Shown: positions 34,346 to 48,355, numbered from the whole stretch's first letter. The stretch is 63,522 bases of DNA, filler included, from Octopus bimaculoides (GCF_001194135.2; 6 parts of 6 records of this genome joined end to end with filler, not necessarily neighbours in it), one strand, 5' to 3'. The notes: generated from the letters alone by a model not told the origin. Numbers and translations are program-made.

Positions 34346-36171
34346 AATGCAAATACGAATTTTAACATGTTATGATGTACAAAGTAATTTTTTACTAATT
34401 TTTTCAATATTATTTTCCGTCTTTTAATTTTCGAAAAATACATTTCTATCTGCGCGTTACACAGCAAATACAAAAAAATGCAGTAGTATCGAATTGACTG
34501 CATTATGTTGCTGTCAGTAAAATGTTCTTAGTTGAAGATACCCTGGGAATTATTTTATGAACTTAGATTTTCGTTTCTTTTTTCATGATGTAAATACGTT
34601 TCTATCTGTCTGACATACATGCATAAATGCTTTACGGGTTTAATTTCAATATTGATAGTACGGAAAGGAACATTACGATTGAGGTCAGACTGCATCATAA
34701 CTATTTCTAGTTTCATTGTAATATCGCAGAAATTACCTCCAAGGCATAGTAATAGTTGCAATATGTTTTCTTTATAGCAATATTTTCATCTGAATGGAAA
34801 GGAATATTCTGCCAAGTATTTCTGCTAGTCTCGATGGATGACACTTTAAATAACATTTATTGGGAAAGATTTCTGTTTGAATAAGTTTCCACATAAGAAC
34901 TATATACTTTCAAACAGGGTTACAAATGTTAGGATCTCGTTCCATTGAATGTGATAACAATCTGCTAGCATATATGGGACAAAACAGAAGATATGCTAGC
35001 AAGTGGATAATGAACTATGATTTGTGTACAAAATTGTGTACAAAAACAAACGATTGGCAATCGTCAAAGCTCATGGTTCTTCTTTATGTCAGTGTACGTA
35101 TCAAAGTTGGATTGATAAAAAATAAAATCATTGATCATTGGTTGTTTCATAGTATCTTACAAAGTATGGCCTTAATGCAAACCAAACTTGTGCCAAAAAT
35201 GATCTGTGTCATTCACGGGAAATAACTAGGAATAACTGTCGATCATATAACAAACGTTGCAAATACCGCTAAAGATTGATGAGTACAGTTAATAATGGGA
35301 GATATTTCAAGTTTCATTTTTTCAATGCATGCCAATAAGACCACTATTGATTCTAATCATTTATTTTCAAGGGAATGTCAGCGATGAGATGTAATTCCCT
35401 TACACTTGTATATAAAAAAGGACTTCAAAATAATCATTGAATGCACCAGAAGTTATAGTCTGTCATAAAGAAGATGGAATGAGAGATTTTTTTTTCATGA
35501 TAAACAGAACTTATAGACCTGATCATATTAAGAGATAATTATCTTGTAGATAGTTGCAAAGTAAGAAAAACAAGATATAGACATTTTATTGAAAGTTGAA
35601 CACAATATCCTAATGGATTAATGCGATTCTATATTTCGTAACGATAAAGTATTTGATGGAAGCAAGTTACAAGATATGGTATACGTCGGATTAAATTACT
35701 TCTATTGCTATTCATATATTATATATTTCAAATCCCAGCTCACAGTGTCAGCAAATATGTGTCGGCAACATAAGCAAACTAATCGAATCTTTATATCCAC
35801 TTGAAGTCAATATAACAGTTTACGGTCTGCTTAAAAAGTAAACATTAAAAATGTACTAGATCAAATGTAAAGAATGCTTGGAAATTAAATAGATTTTAAT
35901 CTAGAATTGAAGCGAATAGCAATTGTCTATAATCACATATATTTAAGTTCTGTGTTTCTATACATTAGGGACAATCGAAGGTTATCTCATAAATTTAAAA
36001 TCACATGGAATCCGTTTATAAAATATTTGACACATAATCGATGCTCTGATGCTTCCACTGGGTTCGTATTCAGGCATATTGGAGATTTATTGGCTTGTAC
36101 AATTTATTTGCCTGCATTCTAACACAGTACATACTTCAATGTACACGTACTCACACACAGATAAATATCTA

Positions 36172-36212
<41 letters not shown>

Positions 36213-36354
36213 TGTGTGTGCCTCGATGTATGCGTTCATGTTTGCATGTATATATATATATATATATATACGTATGTATATATGTATGTATGTATGTATG
36301 CACTACGCAACATGCTTGCGTGTACATATATACGTATCATAAGAAATCAATCGA

Positions 36355-36635
36355 AGCCGGCCAACTGGCAGGATTGTAAGCAAGTCTGCCAAATTTTACT
36401 GAATATCTCTCTTCACGTGTTGTGTTCAAATTTCGCCGACGGCGACTTTGGCTTTCATACATTTCGACAAAATAAGCAGCAATTGGGTACATACGTCAAT
36501 CTAATCGATCTACTGCTCCATTTAGACTGCTGGCATTGTGCTAAAACTTCAAACTGACAGAATCCTTGTCACGTTGGACAAAATGCATGGCTGCATTTCT
36601 TCCGTCATTAAGTTCTGAGTTCAAATTCCCTTAAT
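36355..36635 (+). mobile_element. Two tandem degenerate copies of the third SINE family
   Basis: CTGGCAGGATTGTAAGC...GTTCAAATTTCGCCGACGGCGACTTTGGCTTTCAT and CTGACAGAATC...GTTCTGAGTTCAAATTCC. Confidence 0.65.
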
Positions 36636-36915
36636 AAATGTGAATTACTCTTATATATGTAACACAGTAATTTGTTGAATAGGTGTAAAATTAAGGGGTT
36701 TGCGTCAGAAGCACAGGGGTCAGTTCTGTCTAAACTGCATGTGTGATTTGGCAAATATTTTTTATATATTTTAAAGAGATGTCTATTAATTGAATAAAAA
36801 TCGAAGACTGGCGTCAAGGAAATCGAGCTTTCTCCCTCAAATTTTCACTCCTTTTGCCTCCATAGCATTAAATAATACTAATTCATACTAATGTTACAAC
36901 ATCAATTTGTTTAGC

Positions 36916-37138
36916 TTTTACTTGTTTCTGTCACTAAGTTGCGGCTAAGCTGGAGCACTGACTTGATGAATTTTAGTCGAACGAATTGACTCTAATCCTT
37001 AATAGTCTTTTACTTAAGGCTGGATCAAATTCTATCGATATATTCCGCCTAATCGGTTGCCAAGTGGTGGTGTGAGACACAAACGGATACACAGACACAC
37101 ATGGACACACATGCGCCCATAGACACACACACATACAC

Positions 37139-37197
<59 letters not shown>

Positions 37198-37365
37198 CAT
37201 ACGACGAACTTCTTTCAGTTTCTATCTATCAAATCCATTCACAAGGCTTTGGTCGGCCCGTGGCTATATTGAAACACACTTGCCCAAGTTGCCATGCAAT
37301 CGGATTGGACACGGAGCCATGTGATTAACAGGCAAGCTTCTAACCACATAGACCCGCCTACGCCT
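36916..37365 (-). mobile_element. Full-length CORE-type SINE with long internal (TA)n
   Basis: TTTTACTTGTTTC tail through CAAGGCTTTGGTCGGCCC to AACCACATAG head. Confidence 0.85.
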
Positions 37366-38152
37366 TTGCACATATATACTTCGTATATCTGCTATCATTC
37401 AGAAGGAAATAGTCTATTACTATTCTAAACTTTCCTTCTGTCCCGAATAAGAAAATGTTTTCTATTTTGTATTAATTTCAACCTATATCATACATGGGCA
37501 TTAGATTTGCTAATAGACATCTGTCCATGTGTTTATCTTTATGTATATCATGTTAGATATTCTCGTCTGCATACTTGCTCGCGTCATTTTCATAATGCTG
37601 GAGACATAACTACATATTACACGCTTTCGCCTTTGTTCAAGCATCTTCAATTATCGCATGTTCCAGTTCTCTCCTATATATGTGCAAATCACGCTAATAT
37701 ACACTGACAATGTTTCGCTTGTCCTATCGATTAACTCCTGCCAATGTTTCTAGACCTACATAACAAATGAAACACAACTTTGCATATATTGGACAGTGTA
37801 CATACTGCCACCGTCATTAGATTGTGCGCGGCCTGTGAAATATGCCTTTTAAATATCGTAAATATACAATTTTACGAAAGTTGAGAAGCTTCTAAATATA
37901 TCCTTTACCAAATATATTAGAATGAAGTGTTGCTAAATATATGAATTTCTAACATGCGTATGATAATATCTGTTGACGTGCATTAGTTGGGAGAAGTTTG
38001 ACGTGATAATTAAATATAGTTTATGCATTACATTGGAGAAAAAAACCGAAAACTGCATGATACATGGAATATGCAGTGACAAGAAACATGTGAAGTATAT
38101 GATATACAAACACACACAAACACACATACATACTCTCACACACACACACACA

Positions 38153-38210
<58 letters not shown>

Positions 38211-38270
38211 NNNNNNNNNNNNNNNNNNNNNNNNNNNNNNNNNNNNNNNNNNNNNNNNNNNNNNNNNNNN

Positions 38271-39720
38271 ATATGTCGTCGGCTCCAGCTGGTATCCAAG
38301 CAGTTACTTTCCAGTTTCCTCGGATGTCTGTGCCGAATGTGACTTTGGAGTCCAAGTCAGTAATGAAAGGAAAGAGTCGTAGGCAGAATTGCACGGGATA
38401 ATCGGTGCGGGTGGTGGATGTTGAAGACGCACTTTTCTTCTCCCGCGTTTTACCTCCTCATTCTGTTGTCTGTTCTGCTCGAAGGAGCTGACTCCATTCT
38501 GGACAGCTGTCCTCCAAGCTATCCTCTCTATAGTAATCTGTTCCCATGAGGATGGTTGGATATTATTTTGAGCCAGAGACCGTTTGAGCTAGATACTTAA
38601 AACGGAATTTTGGACCTCCACTGAGTCTTTTTCCGATTGCAAGATTTCCGTAGAGCATGATTCTCGGGGGACCCGAGGGATCCGTGTGCTGGGCTTCACC
38701 TGTCCGGCGGAGACGATGGGAGAGAATGGTGACTTCGATGCTTAGTAGGGAGGCGCAGCTCATCCCATCGAATATGAAGGATCGATCGTATCTTGGATTG
38801 CTGGAAGCATTCAAGGCGTTTGAAGTCACGACGGTAGAGCGTTCAAGTCCCACAAGCGTAGAGAAGAGTTGACAGGACAATGGCAAGAAAACCATGAACG
38901 TTGTCCGGATGGTCAGCGCATGATTGAAGAATATACGACGGCGCAGTCTGCCGAAGGCGGCGGTGACCGCCCTGATCTGCTTCTCCACGTTCTGTCACAC
39001 ATGGAGGTCTTCGAAAGGATAAACCCAAGGTATGAGAAGTTCTCAAATTCTTTTAGTGGTTGACTGTTGATGCTAAATTCGTGGGTAGACTGTCCTGGCC
39101 TGGTGCAGGTTGCATAAGGGTCTTGATCTTTAATGTGTTTAACTGCATCTCGAAGCTTTCGTAAGCCGCGATGTAACGATCGGCCGTCCTTTGTAGGCCA
39201 TCTGCAGTCCGGCTCAGGATGGCATTGTCGTCGACAAATAGCACCTCCCGGACTGAAATGGCGAAGGTCCGTGGATGGAAAGCGAGTCTAGTGGGATTTC
39301 GTTGAACATGACGCGATCTTGCTTAAGATCCCCCCAGTGATGGGAAACGGGTGTGTGAGGGAATTTTCATGGCATACCATACCCACCATGACGTCGTAAA
39401 AGGATCGGCCCAGGGCAATGACGTCCTCCAAGCAAGGACGGGGAACCTTGCCAAAGGCTATCTTTAGTTCCAAGATGAATATTGCAGGTTGTTATTGTTA
39501 TTGAAACTTCTCTTGAAGTTAGCGGTCACAATAAATCTGTCGATTGTGCCTCGAGAGGGAAGATGTCTTCCACGAGGATGAGGAGGCGATTGAGTAGGAT
39601 ACGCGCGAAGATCTTGCTTTCAATACTGAACATTGATATGCTCCGATCCGTGTTTCAATCCTCTCGGTCTCCTTTCTGGTAGATGGCGCTGATAGGTCCA
39701 TCGTAGATGTCGTTCGGGAG
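38271..39720 (-). mobile_element. RTE-BovB-like LINE relic (RT to C-terminal Cys/His motif), internally deleted
   Basis: YQRHLPERRPRGLKHGSEHI region aligning to KG.R..C.NYRGIS; KILARILLNRL; MLFVDDNAIL; LNTLKIKTLMQPAPG; AAFGRLRRRIF; RIMLYGNLAIGKRLSGGPKFRFK; frameshifted C..C...GLQSHIRHRH. Confidence 0.88.
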
Positions 39721-40067
39721 TGTCTTAGAACATACATGCATATATATATGTATGTGTGTATGTATGTATGTATATATATATATATATATNNNNNNNNNNN
39801 NNNNNNNNNNNNNNNNNNNNNNNNNNNNNNNNNNNNNNNNNNNNNNNNNNNNNNNNNNNNNNNNNNNNNNNNNNNNNNNNNNNNNNNNNNNNNNNNNNNN
39901 NNNNNNNNNNNNNNNNNNNNNNNNNNNNNNNNNNNNNNNNNNNNNNNNNNNNNNNNNNNNNNNNNNNNNNNNNNNNNNNNNNNNNNNNNNNNNNNNNNNN
40001 NNNNNNNNNNNATGTATACACTCACATGCATATAAACATGCCTACATTTATTTGCTTGTGTGCGGCA

Positions 40068-40107
<40 letters not shown>

Positions 40108-40835
40108 ATTTTATCAGCATGCATTGATAATAGTCTGGTTAAATGAGTACATATCTGTGAAAAACGTTCTGCTAAATATCCTTTACTGTCCAGAAACATT
40201 GATTTTGAAGAGAATCTGTATGTAGAAATAATCATTGAATCAAATAGCGACGTTTATTTTCCAAGCCATTTATTGTTTTGACCGCACTTACATAATACTT
40301 TACTTTGCACAAAAAACAAGACCAGATATAGAATCAATGTTTGTGTTTTGCAGTTATACACTCACTTGTCGTATGTAGTTGTGTTTATTTTTCATTTCTT
40401 TACCGCAGACAGCCAATCACTTCAGCTTGCTAATTCATTATAAAAGGAAGATTAACAACATTGTTAATATCGATGTTATGGCATCATTGTTTTCATTCGT
40501 AATGTGGAAAGATATTATAACTCATCTGCTGGAAAAAAGAAAATCTTTACACTCTACTACATTAAAAAAAATCGTCTGTATTCATCTAGGAGAGACTGGG
40601 TATGGTTCTGTTTGTCCCACTAATTTCAAGTAACAAAATTCGCATGGTTCAATATTACCGGGGGTTATACTGATTAGAAGCCTGACTAGAGGCTGCCAAC
40701 AAGTAAATACCTCTGTAACCTTTCCGACACTCATCATTCGTTTTCGGTGTATCCCTGGTCAAAGTTCGTAATCGTGGAAGCTTTTCATCAATTTTGACGG
40801 TGAGTGTTCCACTTATGCAAACAACTGAACTTTTT

Positions 40836-40993
40836 ATTATTTGCATTTGACGGATATTTGTACTCATCTTGTTTGTTGTTACCACAACGTTTCGGCTGAT
40901 ATGCCCACGGGCATATGGCGTCTTCGGTTATGAGCGTGGGCTAACAACCCCAACATTTCTAGTTCGATTCCACTGACCTGAATAATAATAAAC

Positions 40994-41044
<51 letters not shown>

Positions 41045-41199
41045 TCGTAAAATACCTTAGAAATGGGAACCCAGGTTCGAAATTTCTGCAAGACACCTGA
41101 TGAAGGCTGGAGGGTATATCAGCCGAAACGTTGATGAGGACAAATATCCGTCAAATGTAAATAATATACATAATTCCTCATCTCTTAAATATAGAACTG
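40836..41199 (+). mobile_element. Stand-alone copy of the PLE terminal module with inverted 5' partial duplication
   Basis: 40902-41199: tRNA-like head, (AAT)n, CTGATGAAGGCTG..CAGCCGAAACGTT (41097-41132), end CTTAAATATAGAACTG; 40836-40906 is the reverse complement of its 3' part. Confidence 0.9.
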
Positions 41200-42137
41200 C
41201 ATGAACTTTTATATGTATGAATATACCCTTTAACGTCATTGTTAGACATAGAATATAACCAGACTGAGCCCTTCAAGTGCTAGTTTAATCGACGGTTTTT
41301 CCTATCTTTCAGGCTCCAGAGTTCTACTCACAAAGCTTTGATGAACATGACGCTAGCACGAAAAACACATTATTTTCAGCCTTACCGTCGAACTCTGGAA
41401 TTCATGATTTTGAAACAAACTTCTTAACTATTCGATGATGTCTTCATCGATAATGAATAATTACTATCTGTTTTATTGTTGGAAATAGCGATTGTCTAGA
41501 ACACTATTTATTAAATGAATGTGATATGATATTTTGGCTCGATTTTTCATAATGTTGTGACGCATTAGAATTTAAATAAGATTCTTAGTGAAATATTCAA
41601 TACACTAATTCAGAACATTGTAAGTGAACATTAAACTTGATTATTTGTATAATTTCATTATCGTATTGCTTCTAAAAACCTTTGGAGAAGAAACTAAAAT
41701 TGGCAAATGAGTTACGAACTATTAGTCCTAAATCTATCACACTACAGACAGGAACTGTGATACCAGATTCTCTGAAGAATCTAAATTGTCCTAGAAGATC
41801 ATCTGTGATTCATTTTCCCAGATATCACTTGAATTGTAAACGAAATCATCAATCGTATATCTCATGAACAAAACTATTGAGATTGAACCAAGAATGGATT
41901 TATTTGTTTGAAGATGTCGAGAAATGATATTGCATTTGTTTCAAATGAATGCAATATCATAACCTAAAATTTCAATTTGTTTTATACTCCGCAATTTTTA
42001 GATATACTCCCAAATCAATTTATGCACATTCCCTTTGCATAACCAACATTATCCAAGTATACAATGATAGATTACCGTTCAAAATACATAGGATATCAAT
42101 CATGTGGTTTAATGCTCTCTACTGCACAGAAAGGGGG

Positions 42138-42185
<48 letters not shown>

Positions 42186-42696
42186 AACCAATCGCAATTA
42201 GTAATGAGAACTGTACAATATGTGTGAGAGGGAGGATGAGCTTTTTAAGAAGACGCCAAAATTATGGGTATTCACTTAAGTTGCTTTTAATTGTATGTAC
42301 AATCTCGCATTTTCCTAACAAATATCTTGCGTCAATAAATTAAGTAGCAGTTAAACTTACGATCATTCACTCCATTGAATTCTATTCGTAATAGCCATTA
42401 ATCTTCAAGTATTCCAACTTTCTATGAGAGTGGTTTAGATTTCTGGTTAAACGATCATGTAATTCTCTCTTTAAATGAACTCAAGAGATATGTTGACGTA
42501 ACGCATTTTACCTCTTACAAATTGAATAACTGATGTAGACAATCAAAGAATATGGGTCGAAATATTCTTAAATATTCAACGTATATTGAAAAACGATTCG
42601 CTTCAGGAGGAAGGAGCATGACTCTTACTGACTTTACTAAATTGTTATGATTGATGTCGTTAATGGTCAGTTTAGACTGTTAACACTTGTAAGAAA

Positions 42697-43185
42697 TACA
42701 GAGTGGCGCGCGAAAAAGTATCCCGAGTTTCGTAGTGTTGTGAGAATAAAGAGATAAAGAAAGAAGTACTGGAAAGGACTCATCATTATAAATGGTTTTG
42801 AAATGATCTCCTACGACATGAATGCACAGTGGCGTAAACTATGTTTAATTACACCTGGAGTAAAACAGTGACGTGGATGGTAGCAACCGCATGTGAAATA
42901 TGGTCGTTCAGTTCCTATATTCTGGGAAGATTTTTTCATACATCATGCTCTTCAAGTATCCACAGAGATAATAAATAACTGCTGAACAGCAGGAGTACCT
43001 GGTGGCCACAAATATTTGCTGGCTGTGCATTCCTCAGCGAAGAAGCCATGCGCTCCCTGTATGACACTAGAGAAGTGCGGTAAATTACCCCTTCCTGCTA
43101 GAAGAAGTAAATCTGTCCTCTATCATCAATGAGTTGAGCACAAGATTGGTCCAAAATGCTAATGTAGACTTCAGTTTTAACAGAA
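42697..43185 (-). mobile_element. Tc1/mariner transposase relic
   Basis: SVKTEVYISILDQ...IYFF*QEGVIYRT and WPPG...GYLKSMMY on minus; TACAGAGTGGCGCGCG terminus. Confidence 0.65.
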
Positions 43186-43989
43186 GAGAGAGAGAGGAGG
43201 AGAGAGATAGAATGAGAGAAAGAATATATCAGTATGTTGGATAGAGGCAAGGTGAGAGAAAGGGAAAGAGAGAGAGAACACAGAGAGAGAAACATAAAGA
43301 GAGAAACAAAGAGAGAGAAACAGAGACAGATAGAGAAAAGTAGTGAGTGAGAGAAATAGATAGGTTTTGTGCCAGTAAGAATAGCGAAATACTATATATA
43401 AAAATTTTAATGTGCCTTTACAATTAAGCAAGTTGCGGTATTTTCATTAATGGCAAATATGACAAAAACATATTGTTTATAGTGGGGGCATCGAGTATAC
43501 ATTTGCTTCCCTGGGTATATAGATTGTTGCTTTTTCAATGATTCGTTCTTTTACATATTAAATTCTGATGTCCCACAGCGTTTCACAGCAAACTACACTT
43601 GTAATTAATGGAGCATATTAAAAAGCTCAGCGTGCAATGGAATTCAGCACGTTCAATGAAATGTTCATTTGAAATAGTGTTAGATCTAATTTATTATATC
43701 AGAGCTAGCATTTAATGAATAAATTGAAATTTTCCCTTGTTAACAAAATCTCCCCCCACCACCACCACACAAAAAACATCTATGATTCCCATGGGTCTCT
43801 TAAGAAAAGGCAATATTATGTCCGTCAGTCTCTATTCCGAGTTTTGTTTTCGGTTTCTTTCATCATTACGTAAAATTACGGTATTAAAAATATTCAGTTG
43901 GCAAAAAATTTCAAATTTCTGAATTGATTTAATTTTATCGAATTCGTTATCCATGTGTCTGTTTTATCGGTAGATATTTTACACACACA

Positions 43990-44165
43990 TACACCAGGAA
44001 GCATTGTATGATTCAGAATCTCACTTTGCAACCAAATAATTTCGAGTTCAGTGCCATTGTGCGGCGTCCGGGTAAGTGATTATGAAGAAAACCTCCAGGC
44101 AGACCCAGTGGATTGTGTATGAAATTACACGGATGTCCCTCGAACACTAACACACACACATACAC
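43990..44165 (+). mobile_element. Degenerate CORE-type SINE head
   Basis: CTTTGCAACCAAATAATTTCGAGTTCAGTGCCATTGTGCGGCGTCCGGGTAAG. Confidence 0.5.
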
Positions 44166-44171
44166 ACACAA

Positions 44172-44204
<33 letters not shown>

Positions 44205-44333
44205 CTAACACACACACACATGTATGTATGTATGGATGTATACCCACTCTGAGGCGAAAATCATGTGCCTTGTGGAAACACGCGTAGCGATGTATTAAGT
44301 GCTTATAGATTACATCCCAGAATCATTGTTATC

Positions 44334-44368
<35 letters not shown>

Positions 44369-45149
44369 TGTAATATACCGCACGAGTGGAAGTGGAAATA
44401 TTTCTGAAAGAAAGTTTGAAAAGTCAATTTTAAAGATGTTTATTCACTTGACCGTTTTCACTTTTTTAGAAAAAGATTGTCAAAAGTAAAATGTAAAGCT
44501 CTGTATAAGCTTTGTTGTGTAAAAGTACTGGTTGTCACAAAACTATTAAAATACATATATACATTCTTTGATAATAATAAGAAAATGTTAAAGACAGTTT
44601 GCAAGTANNNNNNNNNNNNNNNNNNNNNNNNNNNNNNNNNNNNNNNNNNNNTTAATTAATTAANNNNNNNNNNNNNNNNNNNNNNNNNNNNNNNNNNNNN
44701 NNNNNNNTATATATATATATATATATATCTTTGCGTGACTGCCGAACGTCATTAAGTCTTGTGTCCATCTCCCATGTTCCTACCGTTAGGCTTTTACTTC
44801 ATACACGCCAGCTCAATTTGTTGTTGTATTCGTATTTACGTACCATATTCTCCGCTTTCTTTTTTTTGTTTGTTTGTTTCTTTGTCTTTGTAGCTGTACA
44901 CATTCGCTGGCTTTCTTACAAACGGGTCTAATGCACTTAGCTTAGACTTTTTGGGGAGACGACCTGATAGCTCCATCTCAAATATAACTGTCCGAAATGG
45001 TCGTGACCTCTGGTGCTTGACTGATGAAAAAAAGTCAAGAATGACCCGCCTTTTTTTTGCCTGTCTTTCTAATTCTTTTTTTCTTTTGTCCACCTTTGTG
45101 TTGTCCGTCTCTCCGAAAGTTTTACTGCTCTGTACTGCGTTTTTGCTCC

Positions 45150-45190
<41 letters not shown>

Positions 45191-45760
45191 GCCTTGTACA
45201 TGCAGATATAAATTATGCATAAGTTTCTGCATACATTTATGTTTAAGTATATATCAAATATCAAATCGTTTAAATACATACGCAGGTACATGCGTTCATG
45301 TACAACACCCCACCAAATACTTGAATGGATACATAAGAATGAGTGTGTTGGTACGAGCGCGTGTGAGAGTATAGACATGTATTATTACGCAAGTGCTTGT
45401 CGATGCTTAGGGGATTTTGAAGTATATATTCAAAACTTTAGGTCTATGAACCCGCAATATTCTGTATTATATTTCATGAATTTTTAAAGTTTTCAATTAC
45501 TGTAAATTTCATTTACATAACTAAAAGATGGGAACGTTTTGTAAAGGCAGCTTATCGAATAATGGAGGAAATATCGCTTTATTCTTATAGATGGCAACAG
45601 TATATTGTATTCCAATTATATCTCTATCAAAAAGAAGAATTTTGCTCGATATATTTCAAAGGTCTACATTAACCACTTACAATGGTTGGTTTATTATACT
45701 TAAATATATATATATGTATGTATGCATACGCACATACACACATATATATAAACATATATT

Positions 45761-45804
<44 letters not shown>

Positions 45805-46572
45805 NNNNNNNNNNNNNNNNNNNNNNNNNNNNNNNNNNNNNNNNNNNNNNNNNNNNNNNNNNNNNNNNNNNNNNNNNNNNNNNNNNNNNNNNNNNNNNNN
45901 NNNNNNNNNNNNNNNNNNNNNNNNNNNNNNNNNNNNNNNNNNNNNNNNNNNNNNNNNNNNNNNNNNNNNNNNNNNNNNNNNNNNNNNNNNNNNNNNNNNN
46001 NNNNNNNNNNNNNNNNNNNNNNNNNNNNNNNNNNNNNNNNNNNNNNNNNNNNNNNNNNNNNNNNNNNNNNNNNNNNNNNNNNNNNNNNNNNNNNNNNNNN
46101 NNNNNNNNNNNNNNNNNNNNNNNNNNNNNNNNNNNNNNNNNNNNNNNNNNNNNNNNNNNNNNNNNNNNNNNNNNNNNNNNNNNNNNNNNNNNNNNNNNNN
46201 NNNNNNNNNNNNNNNNNNNNNNNNNNNNNNNNNNNNNNNNNNNNNNNNNNNNNNNNNNNNNNNNNNNNNNNNNNNNNNNNNNNNNNNNNNNNNNNNNNNN
46301 NNNNNNNNNNNNNNNNNNNNNNNNNNNNNNNNNNNNNNNNNNNNNNNNNNNNNNNNNNNNNNNNNNNNNNNNNNNNNNNNNNNNNNNNNNNNNNNNNNNN
46401 NNNNNNNNNNNNNNNNNNNNNNNNNNNNNNNNNNNNNNNNNNNNNNNNNNNNNNNNNNNNNNNNNNNNNNNNNNNNNNNNNNNNNNNNNNNNNNNNNNNN
46501 NNNNNNNNNNNNNNNNNNNNNNNNNNNNNNNNNNNNNNNNNNNNNNNNNNNNNNNNNNNNNNNNNNNNNNNN

Positions 46573-46624
<52 letters not shown>

Positions 46625-46986
46625 CGATACTTATATTTAAATATATATTTATATATATATATGTGTGTGTGTATATATGTATGTATATGTATGTATCTAT
46701 TATATATATATGTGTGTGTGCGTATGTGTGTGTGTGTGTATGTATCTATGTATGGTTGTATGTATATTCCAAGTGGTTTTCATAGTTTATCTATTTTATA
46801 GCTCCAAATATTGTCGACGACATTTCATTATCCTCTTAAAAGATCTATGGCTTATCTTTTACGCATATGCATGTATTTATTCATGTATGTATGCTTGTAT
46901 GTATACATCTTTTGAGTGCACGAGAGCTAGTGCGTGACAACTTCTTTGTTATGTAGATGGCAAATTTAAGAAACAACTTATCGTTT

Positions 46987-47056
46987 AGTTTGAAAGAGTC
47001 TACGAGTTTGAAAGAGTCTACGAGTTTGAAAGAGTCTACGAGTTTGAAAGAGTCTA
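46987..47056. repeat. 18-bp tandem repeat x~3.9
   Basis: AGTTTGAAAGAGTCTACG, three perfect copies plus a partial. Confidence 0.95.
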
Positions 47057-47703
47057 TGTGTCATATACACCATATACTCACAAGTACTTGTACAGTGCGG
47101 TAACAGACGCACAGGCATATTTCTAAATGTCCTACACATAAAACACATATTCGTCTATAGAACGTATTTTGTAAACCTGTATTTTGTTACGTATATAAGC
47201 TGACATTTTCATATCGGTACCTGATTTATTCAGTTTCTGCGATAGACGTCATTGTATATATATATTTCTCACGTCAGTGTGCAATGTTCAGCAAAGAATA
47301 AATATTAAGACTTTTAGACTTTTCAAAGGTTCTCAATTACAATAAATGGGGAAATTCTAGGTGGTGCTCAATAGTCACTGGGTTTGTGTAAAATATATCA
47401 CTGGAGGTTGAATTAATCATGATTTTATTCAGCATATTACACTCTTAGATTCAACCACTTATTGCACTTATACATCAGTTTTTCAGTTTATATATATATA
47501 TATATATACATATTGCCTTTCAGTTCTCTTAATGAAGAGTAGATAGACAGCCGATAACTGATAAAGGGACCTTCATTGTGTTACTTTCCTGTTTTCCATT
47601 TGTTTCTCTCGTAGTTTGCGTATTGAAATCATATGCCTTCGCATTTCGTATTGTTTACATTTGGTGACGCCATGTACCCATATATATATATGTGTATTGT
47701 ATG

Positions 47704-47768
47704 CAAGCGATTGCGATCTGTGTATACAAGCGATTGCGATCTGTGTATACAAGCGATTACAATCTGTG
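47704..47768. repeat. 23-bp tandem repeat x~2.8
   Basis: CAAGCGATTGCGATCTGTGTATA twice, plus a diverged partial. Confidence 0.93.
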
Positions 47769-48314
47769 GCACAATTTATTGCATGAAGTCCTTCCAATGA
47801 AAAAACAGAACTTGTAACAACAAACACAGAGGGATTAAAGACATCTGATATAAACATTTGGGAGACAAAGATACACAAACAGACGCACAGATAGGTCGAT
47901 ACAAAGATAAATACATAGATAGCTGGTTACATAGACAGTGAATGAGAAAGACAGAGACACAAAGATACAGAGAAACAGGCATTCAAGCTAACAGTCAGAA
48001 ACACCGAGAAGCGGCAAGAAAACAATCCGATAGACAAGCAAACAGGCAGATGGGTAGACAACGAAAAAGCAACTAAATAAGCAATAATACAGTTGATAGA
48101 CTGAAACCGAAATATATGGATACTATAGTTTATAGTCTGTGTTTAGCAATGATATTAATCCATAATATTGGAGTGGTTGATTTGGCGGAAAGGAAAACAG
48201 GTTTTTCTTTATGGAAAAGCTTTTCCGCATATGCTAATTTGAAGACGCTTAGATTATTTCATATTGTTTACAGTAAATATGTGTATAAGTAAGTGTATGT
48301 ACGTATGTATAGGC

Positions 48315-48355
<41 letters not shown>

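Noticed and set aside
40690-40830. Second decayed Sushi-like text (RFRCIPG...DGECS)
   Set aside because: Needs two frameshifts and two substitutions to fit; too weak to list.
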